Made by a program: the position numbers and the translations under genes. Below, piece after piece: positions 8,638-17,063 of a stretch of 45,048 bases of DNA (its first letter is position 1; every line of letters begins with the position of its first letter). The DNA comes from Vicinamibacterales bacterium. Its GTDB lineage: Bacteria; Acidobacteriota; Vicinamibacteria; Vicinamibacterales; UBA2999. The stretch covers positions 1-45,048 of the forward strand of contig JBIIDF010000002.1 in assembly GCA_044238535.1 (NCBI GenBank), read 5' to 3'. Below the pieces are notes generated by a model. The model was not told the DNA's origin and did no database searches. It saw nothing but the letters and a program-made list of their open reading frames with translations.

Positions 8638-9315
8638 TCACTCCGGGAGGATCTGCATGCAGTCACACGCCACGATCATACGGCGGTGCGGGCTTCGTGT
8701 TCGCACAAACGCCGCAATCGCCTCTCGCGTGGGAAACGCGGGATCGCTCCCAAAGAGGCGGGCGTCGTCAATCACCACCACGTGTCGAGGCTCGTTTGCC
8801 GTCAGGATATGGTCCAGCTCCTCGAGGATAGGTGTGTCTTTGTCTTCACGGGCCGACGTCGCTCCACGCAGCGGACCGCCCGAGAAATGGGCGTCGAGCC
8901 AGATCAGCGCCGGGGCATCCAGCTGTGAAAGCAGACGACCGAGTTCCCGACCGCTATCACCATGAATCAGGTGGACATGAGAGGCGTCACGGAACCTATC
9001 GGTGGCGTCCACGTACAGGCGTTCACCGAGCTCGATCGACCAGATGCGATCGAAGTGCGGGATCATGGCCCGGACCATATCGCCAAAGCTCGTGCCCGTC
9101 TCGACAAACAACCTGAGCGAATACCGTGCGGCCAGATCGAGCAGCAGAGCCTGTTTGACCGGTGGGGGCGGCGGCACCGGGCTGCCACGCCGTTTCCAGT
9201 CGCATAGAACCATCGGCTCGGAGCTGACCAATCCGCGACAGCACACGCGCACACGGGACAGGACCTGAGCCAGACGCGTGATGGGGCGAATGGAACGCAT
9301 TGACATCATGGTCAT
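8638..9315 (-). CDS. Putative class-I SAM-dependent methyltransferase-like protein
   Basis: LFVETGTSFGDMV (glycine-rich motif-I-like), then SIELGERLY...HLIHGDS...LIWLDAHFSGG. The pattern resembles a widespread small Rossmann-fold methyltransferase-like family. Several in-frame ATGs lie at 9300..9315, so the exact start is uncertain. Confidence 0.5.
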   Translation of the reverse strand: MTMMSMRSIRPITRLAQVLSRVRVCCRGLVSSEPMVLCDWKRRGSPVPPPPPVKQALLLDLAARYSLRLFVETGTSFGDMVRAMIPHFDRIWSIELGERLYVDATDRFRDASHVHLIHGDSGRELGRLLSQLDAPALIWLDAHFSGGPLRGATSAREDKDTPILEELDHILTANEPRHVVVIDDARLFGSDPAFPTREAIAAFVRTRSPHRRMIVACDCMQILPE

Positions 9316-9583
9316 GTCGTCTGTGGGGTTCGGGACATGGTGTATCGCAACAGAGAAACATCAACGATAGGTCGGACGACGCGACTGCTGCAACCGTGAG
9401 GCCAAAAGGGATCGGACGGCACTCCACGGCTGCCCCGATGACCACGCCGCGGCGCCATCAGAAGGAGCAGAGACCGGGAGAAGCCATGGCACAATGCAGA
9501 TCGTCGCGACGAACACTGCTGATGTGGCCTGCTGCCCCCGCGTCCCGCACCGGATACTCCGGGACAACCCTGATGCGTCATCC

Positions 9584-10783
9584 ATGAAAATTCTAGACGT
9601 CTCTCCGAGAGTGACGCCGTCGCTCTCGAGCGGTTCGCGCATCCGCATCCACAATCTGCTCACGCGCCTCAGCCACCGGCACGACGTGCGCCAGTTCTCG
9701 CAGACCCGGACGCGCGATGTGCGTCTGCCGGAATTCGCGACCGAGGTGGCGATCACGCCGACCTATCTCGAGTATCGCCATCGGGGCGTCGTATCCACCC
9801 CGCTCTGTGAGCAACTGGAATCGCGCGGCTTCGGGGTGCCGATCCTCTGCGGGTATCCGCTCCGGGCCGAACGACCGCAGCGGTTGTGCGAGTGGATGCG
9901 GTGGGCCGATGTGGCGATCGTGGAGTTTCCCTGGCAGTATGCCTGGTGCCGGCATCTCGCCGGGAACACGCCGTTAGTACTGGCGACCCACAACGTGGAG
10001 GCGTCCGCCACCCGCTCGGCAGACGGTCGCGGGATCATCCAGCGTCTGTGGCGCGGGTGGACGGAAACGCTTGAGCGGGAGGCCGTAGGTGGGGCTGACC
10101 TGATACTGACCGTTCGTCGTGAAGACGGCGAAGACTTCGAGCGACGCTACGGCATCGACCGCGACAAGATCCGTGTGATCCCCAACGGCGCCGACGTGCG
10201 GCGCTACGAACCGGCCGATGAGGCGACCCGCACTGCGCTGCGCAGCACGCTCGGCCTGCCGGCAGGGCCTCTGGTGATCTTTCCCGCCCCACATCGGCAG
10301 ACGCCGATCCTCGCAGCGCTCGAGTGGGTGCGGCAGCTGGCGGCACACCTGCCCGACGTGACGTTTCTCGTCACCGGTGCGGTGCAGGACCGCCCCGTCC
10401 GGGAGCGCAATCTGCTGTTCACAGGCTTCGTGGCCGATTACGCCTCCCACCTGCGCGCTGCCGACGCCATGGTGTGCCCGATCGATCGCGGCGGTGGCAC
10501 AAAGATCAAGCTCATCGAGGCCGCAGCTGCCGGCCTTCCCATCGTGGCGTTTCCGGAGTCGGTGCATGGCACGACGTTTCACCACCACGAACACCTGTAC
10601 GTCGCCGACAAGTCGTCCTCCGCTTTGGCGGACGCCGTGCAGACACTCCTGCATGACGGGGACACCGCCCGACGCCTGGGCACGGCGGCGCGTGCACACA
10701 CCGTGACGCACTATGACTGGGACACGATTGCCCAGACACTGGAATCCGAGTTGCTGCACCTCGTCGGAGCCACATCCACGTGA
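9584..10783 (+). CDS. Glycosyltransferase family 4
   Basis: MKILDVSPR... has a GT-B N-lobe. The C-lobe carries GGGTKIKLIEAAAAGLPIVA (a Glycos_transf_1-like E-x7 region). The ATG at 9584 is preferred to the track start at 9494. Confidence 0.75.
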   Translation: MKILDVSPRVTPSLSSGSRIRIHNLLTRLSHRHDVRQFSQTRTRDVRLPEFATEVAITPTYLEYRHRGVVSTPLCEQLESRGFGVPILCGYPLRAERPQRLCEWMRWADVAIVEFPWQYAWCRHLAGNTPLVLATHNVEASATRSADGRGIIQRLWRGWTETLEREAVGGADLILTVRREDGEDFERRYGIDRDKIRVIPNGADVRRYEPADEATRTALRSTLGLPAGPLVIFPAPHRQTPILAALEWVRQLAAHLPDVTFLVTGAVQDRPVRERNLLFTGFVADYASHLRAADAMVCPIDRGGGTKIKLIEAAAAGLPIVAFPESVHGTTFHHHEHLYVADKSSSALADAVQTLLHDGDTARRLGTAARAHTVTHYDWDTIAQTLESELLHLVGATST

Positions 10784-11970
10784 CCGTTTCGGTCGACGAG
10801 TCTTCAGGAGACCCGCCGGGTACGGTCGGATGTGCGCACACACAGCGCACGTCGGTCACGACCGCCACCCGCGTGTATCGCCTCGCGGCCCACGCCGTGG
10901 CACCCCTCCTCCGGAGTCCGCGCGTGCGCTCGGTGTACATCCGTCGTAGCGTGGCCACCGGGGAGGCCGATTTTCCCTGGAGCGATCTCGACATCGGCCT
11001 CGTCGTTGACGACCTGCGCGGCGCCGACGCCCTCGCGCTGTATCGGCGGTTCCTCGTGGCCCGGACCGTGTTTCCGCGCCTCGGCGAATGCCAGATCGCG
11101 TCGGAGGACGACCTGCGGGAGAACGCCTGGGCCGACCCCTATCGGGCCTCTCTGGACCGTCGCTTCGCCGTCACGGTCGCCGGGCCGCCGCCAGCCATCC
11201 CGCCGGTACCGGTCTCCCTCCGGGCAGCGGCGCGTCGCCTGGTCTTCTGGTTCGAGCGATACCTGCCGCGGGCCGTCCGCAGCCGGAACCTCCGCAACCA
11301 GTGGAAGTTTGTGGCCGAGATGCACAACGCGCTCGGCGTCATCGAAGGCCGCTGGCCAGAGCCGCTGAAGACGCGTGCGGAGGCCACGGCGGCCGTGGCA
11401 CGTCCGGTCGCGGATGGAACAGCGTTCGCCGTCTGTTGCCGGCTCGCGGCGCGGGCGTGTGAGGTCGTGACGCCCGCGGATCAGATTCCCGTCGTGCATC
11501 AGACGGTGGTGCTCCCAGGCCTCACCATCCTGCCCGCGGACACGATGCCCTGGCCCGCGGGCACTGGCCCCGTAGTCACACCCGCCGTCCTCCACCTTCT
11601 GCTCGAGCTGCAGAATCCGTTCCTCTGGTGGAGACACGGACCGGCACTCCGCAGGCTCGGATTTCGTTCCCCCTCCAGACGCGCATGGGTCGAGGCCACG
11701 ATGCGTCTCACCGGGGGCGAGTACCTCCGTCGTCCGGGCTTCATGGAGCGCGACGTCGGCCGATACGCCGACACCCTCGGCCAGCTCGATCAGGTGCTCG
11801 GGATACTCGAGGAGGGCGGACTCCCGGACGCAGGTATCGACGTGGTCCCCGCCGAGGTCGCCTCCTCGATCAGCACCTACTATCGCGACGACTACGATAC
11901 GTTGTCGGCCATCGCGTCACGACTGCGCGCGCGAGCCGGGGCCTGTGCCCGTCAGGTCGGTATCGCGTGA
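10780..11970 (+). CDS. Pol-beta-superfamily nucleotidyltransferase-domain protein with a C-terminal helical extension
   Basis: RSVATGEADFPWSDLDIGLVVDD fits the minimal NTase motif G-[SG/E]-x(7-13)-D-x-D. The GTG start overlaps the upstream TGA (GTGA). The remaining ~300 aa have no motif I recognise. Confidence 0.55.
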   Translation: MTVSVDESSGDPPGTVGCAHTQRTSVTTATRVYRLAAHAVAPLLRSPRVRSVYIRRSVATGEADFPWSDLDIGLVVDDLRGADALALYRRFLVARTVFPRLGECQIASEDDLRENAWADPYRASLDRRFAVTVAGPPPAIPPVPVSLRAAARRLVFWFERYLPRAVRSRNLRNQWKFVAEMHNALGVIEGRWPEPLKTRAEATAAVARPVADGTAFAVCCRLAARACEVVTPADQIPVVHQTVVLPGLTILPADTMPWPAGTGPVVTPAVLHLLLELQNPFLWWRHGPALRRLGFRSPSRRAWVEATMRLTGGEYLRRPGFMERDVGRYADTLGQLDQVLGILEEGGLPDAGIDVVPAEVASSISTYYRDDYDTLSAIASRLRARAGACARQVGIA

Positions 11971-12909
11971 CGATGCCGGACCGCGATGCCCAGCTGAGCG
12001 GTCGTCGATCCGACCAGTCCGGCCGAGGATCCCGTCGCGCAGGCCACGCCAGTGCGCGAGAGCCATGGGGCGCCACCGGCGCGTGCGGGTCATTCTTGCC
12101 GCGTTGAACACGATGTCCCAGACGACTCGCCACACCTGCGACGGGCGGTGCCGGCGGTGGTACAGGATTCGGTTGCGCGTCAGGTAGTGGAGCCGCAGCA
12201 TTTGCGGTGGGTCTGCCTCCGAGGTGAGCGATGCACCCGACTCATGCCAGATGCGTGACCGTGGCACAAACAGAATCCTCCAGCCGGCAGCCGCCGCCAT
12301 GGTGCTCCACGCCACGTCCTCCCAGTAGAGAAAGTAGTCGGTGGGCAGCGGTCCGATGTCTTTCAGGGCGCTGGAACGAACCAGCAGGCTGCAGGCGCAG
12401 GCGCATTCCAGTTCCTCGATGCGATCGAACTGGCCCCGGTCCTGTTCCCCCAGTCCTCTGTGGAGATGGTGGCCCGCCGGCGGCGTCACTGTTGCACCGG
12501 CGTACCAGATCACGTCGGGGCGATCGGCGTAGTAAATCATCGGGACGGCGAAGGCAGCATCCGGCCGCCCATGCAGGGCGTCGATCAGCTGCCGCAGCGC
12601 GTCGGGGGCGACCGTGGTGTCGTTGTTAAGCAACCACAGGAAGTCCGCTCCGGCCGAGCGCGCCGTGGCGATGCCATGGTTGATGCCGCCGCCGAAGCCC
12701 AGGTTCGCGCCCGTCTCGATAATCCAGAGGCCAGGAAACTCAGACCGGAGCCTGGCCACAGACCCATCCGTCGACCCATTGTCGACGACCAGCGGCACGT
12801 GATTGACACCTGTCAGTTCCGCGAGTGAACGCAGGCAGGCGGTCGTATGTGCGGCACCGTTCCAGTTGAGGATGATCGACACGGTCCGGTCGCGACCACG
12901 CACGCTCAT
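11917..12909 (-). CDS. Glycosyltransferase family 2 (rhamnosyltransferase-like)
   Basis: Carries VSIILNWNGAAHTTACLRSL...LVVDNGSTDGS and WLLNNDTTV. The ATG at 12909 overlaps the TGA of the upstream gene (ATGA). Confidence 0.85.
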   Translation of the reverse strand: MSVRGRDRTVSIILNWNGAAHTTACLRSLAELTGVNHVPLVVDNGSTDGSVARLRSEFPGLWIIETGANLGFGGGINHGIATARSAGADFLWLLNNDTTVAPDALRQLIDALHGRPDAAFAVPMIYYADRPDVIWYAGATVTPPAGHHLHRGLGEQDRGQFDRIEELECACACSLLVRSSALKDIGPLPTDYFLYWEDVAWSTMAAAAGWRILFVPRSRIWHESGASLTSEADPPQMLRLHYLTRNRILYHRRHRPSQVWRVVWDIVFNAARMTRTRRWRPMALAHWRGLRDGILGRTGRIDDRSAGHRGPASSRDTDLTGTGPGSRAQS

Positions 12910-14252
12910 CCGCGGACCCTCGCGGTGCACCGGTAGAACAACATGCGCGCCCGGGTCCGTGCGCGGTGCACCATCGCCCTGGTCATGAATTGCCGCCATC
13001 GCCACGCCCTGGCGCGAGCGCGGCGGCGATCAGCCAGCGCCAACACCGCCTCGTCGACGGCTGGCAGAATCTCTCCTCCCAGGACACAGGCCCGGAGGGC
13101 GGCCGACGACGCCGATGCCCGTGCCCCGATGCGAGCTCGCAGTTCGGCATTCGCCGCCAGGGCGCGCATCCAGGCGACCGCGTCTGCGAGCCGAGGTTCG
13201 GCCCACATCTGCCCCTCGCCTGCGACGGACGGATCGTAGGCCGGGTGCCGGCCGCGAGCGGGCACGAGGTCGAAACCGACGAGGCAGGCGTCGGCCTCCG
13301 AAGTGAAGTCCATGTTGCCCGACCAGGCAGTCGCGATCACCGGCTTGCCGAGCGACATCGCCTCGAGCATGCCGAGGCCGAGGCCCTCCGCCCGGTGCAC
13401 GGACACGCACACGTCGCAGGACGCTGCGAGGGATACGGCCTCGCGATAGGGAAGGTCACGATCGACGACATGAATACCGGGGTGCCCGTCCACCTCGGCC
13501 AGCAGCGAGCAGGTATCCGCCCACGCGTGGCCGGCGCGCGTCTGACCGAGTTTGAGCACGAGCCCCACCGGACCGCCCTCGGGAAACGCGGCGCGGAACG
13601 CGCGAATCGCGCCCAGCGGATTCTTTCGCTCAAGATCACTCGACACATCGGCCGTGACGTGGAAGAGCACGGCATCTTCAGGGAGGTCGAAGTCACTCCG
13701 ACGGGGGGTGAGGCCCTCGGGCAATAGCACCGTCTGCCGGTAGTGCACCACAGGAATACGCGGTGCCGACGCCTGGATGGCCTCCAGTACGAAGCGGCTC
13801 GGTGCCAGCACCAGATCCATCAGCTCAAGCGTCTCGATCCAGGCGTTGGCCGCGGGAAGCCGAGGCAGTTCCCAGAACGGGACGCACACGTTCGCGCGAG
13901 TGACCGGATCGAACGGACGATCAGGATCGGTGAGCATGGGCGCGAGTTCCGGAGGATTCAGTTGGAACCAGTTCACCTGATGAATTGCTGCCGACGGAGC
14001 CCCGATGATTCCCTGCCATGAGCGATCGGCATCCGTCCGGCCCGCGCCCGGATCCACATCAATCGCAATGACTGGCCGTTCAGTGGCTGCGAGCATCGCG
14101 AGCGTATTTCTCGCAGCAATCCCGAGTCCCAGCCCGCCTGTCACGTGGCCGAAGAGGTTGATGCCTGGTCGTGAATGCTTCGCCGGTCCGTTCCCGGTTC
14201 GCCACGCGTCGCGCGGTCGTGCAGTGACGCCAGAAGTGTCGTGTGTCGACAT
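12906..14252 (-). CDS. Glycosyltransferase, GT4-like (paralog of the C-terminal domain of 14418..17063)
   Basis: Carries VSVHRAEGLGLGMLEAMSLGKPVIATAWSGNMDF (Glycos_transf_1 region) and NLFGHVTGGLGLGIAAR near the N-terminus. ATG at 14252 preferred; a GTG at 14279 is possible. Confidence 0.75.
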   Translation of the reverse strand: MSTHDTSGVTARPRDAWRTGNGPAKHSRPGINLFGHVTGGLGLGIAARNTLAMLAATERPVIAIDVDPGAGRTDADRSWQGIIGAPSAAIHQVNWFQLNPPELAPMLTDPDRPFDPVTRANVCVPFWELPRLPAANAWIETLELMDLVLAPSRFVLEAIQASAPRIPVVHYRQTVLLPEGLTPRRSDFDLPEDAVLFHVTADVSSDLERKNPLGAIRAFRAAFPEGGPVGLVLKLGQTRAGHAWADTCSLLAEVDGHPGIHVVDRDLPYREAVSLAASCDVCVSVHRAEGLGLGMLEAMSLGKPVIATAWSGNMDFTSEADACLVGFDLVPARGRHPAYDPSVAGEGQMWAEPRLADAVAWMRALAANAELRARIGARASASSAALRACVLGGEILPAVDEAVLALADRRRARARAWRWRQFMTRAMVHRARTRARMLFYRCTARVRG

Positions 14253-14417
14253 GCGCGACGGCAGCGAGGGTGCATCCACTGGGGCGTTTCAGGGACGACG
14301 CCTCCGATGGGCATGATACCCCGGCACGCAGACGCCTGGTCCGATGTGATGTGCCAACGCTCGGAGTTGTCTCGCGCACGGGACCGAACGGGCGTTCTGG
14401 CACCGGTCGGATGACGG

Positions 14418-17063
14418 ATGTCAACTCCATCACATGGCCGGCGATCAGCGATACTGTCACACGAGGTGCACACCTGTATCGTCACCCTGGCCGCGACGAG
14501 CCGCCTCCACTTCGTGCGGGCGCTTCTGCAGGCTGCCGCCACGCATCACCCTGAGGCCGATCGTGCCTGTGTCGCGATTGCCCGTGACCTGCAGGAGGCG
14601 AATCGGCTCGGGGACGAGTTCGTCGTCATACCCGTGGCCACGCTCGACGTGCCGGATGCCCTGGACCTTTTGTTTCGATACGACAGTGCTGAGTTACCCA
14701 CGGCTCTGCTGCCCTGGATGTTCGAACACGTGTTTTCATGGGGGTACGAGGCCGTGGTGTTTCTTGCCCCGCACCTCCGCCTCGAGCGTCCGCTTCGCGA
14801 GGCCCTCAGCCTGCTCGAGACATCAGCCGACGTGGTGCTGCTGCCCTCTGTCACGGCGCCGGGCGCGACGGTCCGGTCATCCGACGCAGCCACCACGGTG
14901 ACCGAGATGTTGCGGGGGGGCGGATGCAGCCCGGATTTTCTGGCGATCCGACGGACTGACCATACCCTGGGTCTTCTGCGATGGTGGAGAGAAGCGATGA
15001 CCCTCGACGCCCAACGCCCAGGCTTCGAGAGTACGACAGATGCCCAGCACTGGCTGAATCTGCTGCCCACGCTGTTCGAGCGAACCTCGATCCTGCGGCA
15101 TCCGGGCTACAACGTGGCCGCCTGGAACGTGGCGGAGCGGCGGGTGCATCTGGGCGCCTACGGGCGACTCATGGCCGGCGACGAGCCGCTGGTGTGCTGG
15201 AATGTCAGCGGCCTCGACCCTCAGCTCCCTGAACGACTCGCGGTGCCGTCGGGGTCGGCAGAGGGGCGTGCGCTCTTTCGCCAGATGACAGGTGACCATG
15301 CCCGTCGCCTGATGGCTCTCGGCGCGGCCTGGTATGCCGGGCACCCGTACGAGTTCGGCGTCTTCGCCGATGGGAGCCGTGTGCGCGCCGAGGATCGGAA
15401 GCGGTTCCGAAGCGACGTGGCCCTGCAGCAGGCCTGCGCGGGAGAGCCATTCGCGCACCCGGAACTCGTCAGGCCCGTCGTAGACGCAGCGGGGACGAGT
15501 GATGCGCTCGCGTCGTCGTTCGCCGCGATGAGCGAGCGTCAGCGTCTCGAGAGCCTCAGCACGCAGCTCCTGGGCCGGTTCCCCACGCCGGAGGAACTCC
15601 AGGCCTGGCGGCCGCGGCTGCGGAGTCGGCCTGGCATGGCGCGTCTGCTGCTGGGCGTCGGCTTCTCGCGCGAGGCCAGGCGCATGCCCGGCTGGTTCGC
15701 ACGACTCCTGCAGTACATCGCCGATGCATCGATGGCGGCAGGTGCGGTACGGAACTACACCGTGATGCCGTTCCTCCGACTCCTCTCGCGCGCGGCCCGT
15801 GTGGTCCCGAGCCTGGCCTATCGTCCGTATGTCAGCGATACCCGGGCCATCGCGGCGGAGCCCCACCCGAGACAGGTGCAGCGACATACCGCGACGCGCC
15901 CGCCGGCAGATGCGGCCAAACACGAGACCGTCGGCATCAGCATCCTGGGCTACTTCAGTCGGGAGAACGGGATCGGCGAGGCCGCCCGGTCCCTCGCCCG
16001 CGCCTGCGAGGTGGCTGGCATCCCTGTAAGCCCCATCGATGTCGGCCCCCTCTTCGAGACGCCCGTCAGCGCGTTGGCCACGGCGGCCCTGCCGCGGCCG
16101 CGGCAGCTCCCGATCGACGTCCTCTACTACAACGCCGACATGACACCGGCCGCCGCACGGCACCTGCAGGCCCTCGGCCATCAGTCCGGCTACCGCATCG
16201 GCGTCTGGCACTGGGAACAGCCAGTACTGCCGACGCGGTTCCACGAGGCCTTTGCCGACGTGGACGAAGTCTGGGTGCCGTCGCGGTTCGTGCACGAGGC
16301 AATCGCGCCGGTGGCGCCGGTGCCTGTCGTGACGATACCCCACGCCGTCGACTTCACGCCCACCCTCGGCGTGCGCCGTGCCGACTTTGGCCTGCCGGAC
16401 GACAAGTGCCTCGTGCTGGTGATGTACGACTTCCATTCGTTTCAGGAACGGAAAAATCCACGCGCCGCGATCGCCGCTTTCCGGGCAGCCAGGGCTGTGG
16501 AACCGTCACTGGGTCTCGTGGTGAAGACCAACAACGCGGGGCGGTATCCGCGCGAACGGCAGGAGCTCGCGGACATGCTGCGGGATGTACCCGATGTGAC
16601 CGTCATTGACGCGTCACTGACACGGCAGCAGGCGTGGGACCTCGAGGCGTGCTGTGACATCCTGCTCTCTCTCCATCGAGCCGAAGGGTTCGGGCTGATC
16701 CTGGCCGAGATGATGTTCCTCGGAAAGCCAGTCATCGCCACCGGCTGGTCAGCAAATATGGATTTCATGGACGCGTCGAACTCGATCCCCGTGGCATTCA
16801 CCCTTACGCCACTCGCACGAGCCGTCGGTCCATATGCGGCCGGCCTTCTCTGGGCGGAGCCGGACATCGACCACGCCGCCGAGGCCCTTCGGCGCCTCGC
16901 CTCTGATCGGGATCTCGCGGACAGGCTGGGCCGCGCCGCACACGCCTCGATTCGCCGCACGCTCGCACCGCTGGTTGTGGGCGCTCGCGTCCGCGAGCGC
17001 CTCGACGTGGTCCGACGATGGTTTCCTCGGGCCGGTGCCGTCCCCCCCGACACCGTGCGCTAG
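14418..17063 (+). CDS. 881-aa multidomain glycosyltransferase: N-terminal GT-A-like domain, DUF4214-like segment, C-terminal GT4-like domain
   Basis: The N-terminus CIVTLAATSRLHFVRALLQAAATHHP resembles GT-A (GT8-like) enzymes. The middle segment LLGRFPTPEELQAWRPRL...LLLGVGFSREA resembles DUF4214. The C-terminus has LSLHRAEGFGLILAEMMFLGKPVIATGWSANMDF. Confidence 0.7.
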   Translation: MSTPSHGRRSAILSHEVHTCIVTLAATSRLHFVRALLQAAATHHPEADRACVAIARDLQEANRLGDEFVVIPVATLDVPDALDLLFRYDSAELPTALLPWMFEHVFSWGYEAVVFLAPHLRLERPLREALSLLETSADVVLLPSVTAPGATVRSSDAATTVTEMLRGGGCSPDFLAIRRTDHTLGLLRWWREAMTLDAQRPGFESTTDAQHWLNLLPTLFERTSILRHPGYNVAAWNVAERRVHLGAYGRLMAGDEPLVCWNVSGLDPQLPERLAVPSGSAEGRALFRQMTGDHARRLMALGAAWYAGHPYEFGVFADGSRVRAEDRKRFRSDVALQQACAGEPFAHPELVRPVVDAAGTSDALASSFAAMSERQRLESLSTQLLGRFPTPEELQAWRPRLRSRPGMARLLLGVGFSREARRMPGWFARLLQYIADASMAAGAVRNYTVMPFLRLLSRAARVVPSLAYRPYVSDTRAIAAEPHPRQVQRHTATRPPADAAKHETVGISILGYFSRENGIGEAARSLARACEVAGIPVSPIDVGPLFETPVSALATAALPRPRQLPIDVLYYNADMTPAAARHLQALGHQSGYRIGVWHWEQPVLPTRFHEAFADVDEVWVPSRFVHEAIAPVAPVPVVTIPHAVDFTPTLGVRRADFGLPDDKCLVLVMYDFHSFQERKNPRAAIAAFRAARAVEPSLGLVVKTNNAGRYPRERQELADMLRDVPDVTVIDASLTRQQAWDLEACCDILLSLHRAEGFGLILAEMMFLGKPVIATGWSANMDFMDASNSIPVAFTLTPLARAVGPYAAGLLWAEPDIDHAAEALRRLASDRDLADRLGRAAHASIRRTLAPLVVGARVRERLDVVRRWFPRAGAVPPDTVR

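Noticed and set aside
14877-16436. 519-aa ORF on the - strand
   Set aside because: It is entirely antisense to the well-supported 881-aa glycosyltransferase gene. The translation is Arg/Gly/Pro/His-rich with no motif. This is a typical shadow ORF of GC-rich coding DNA.
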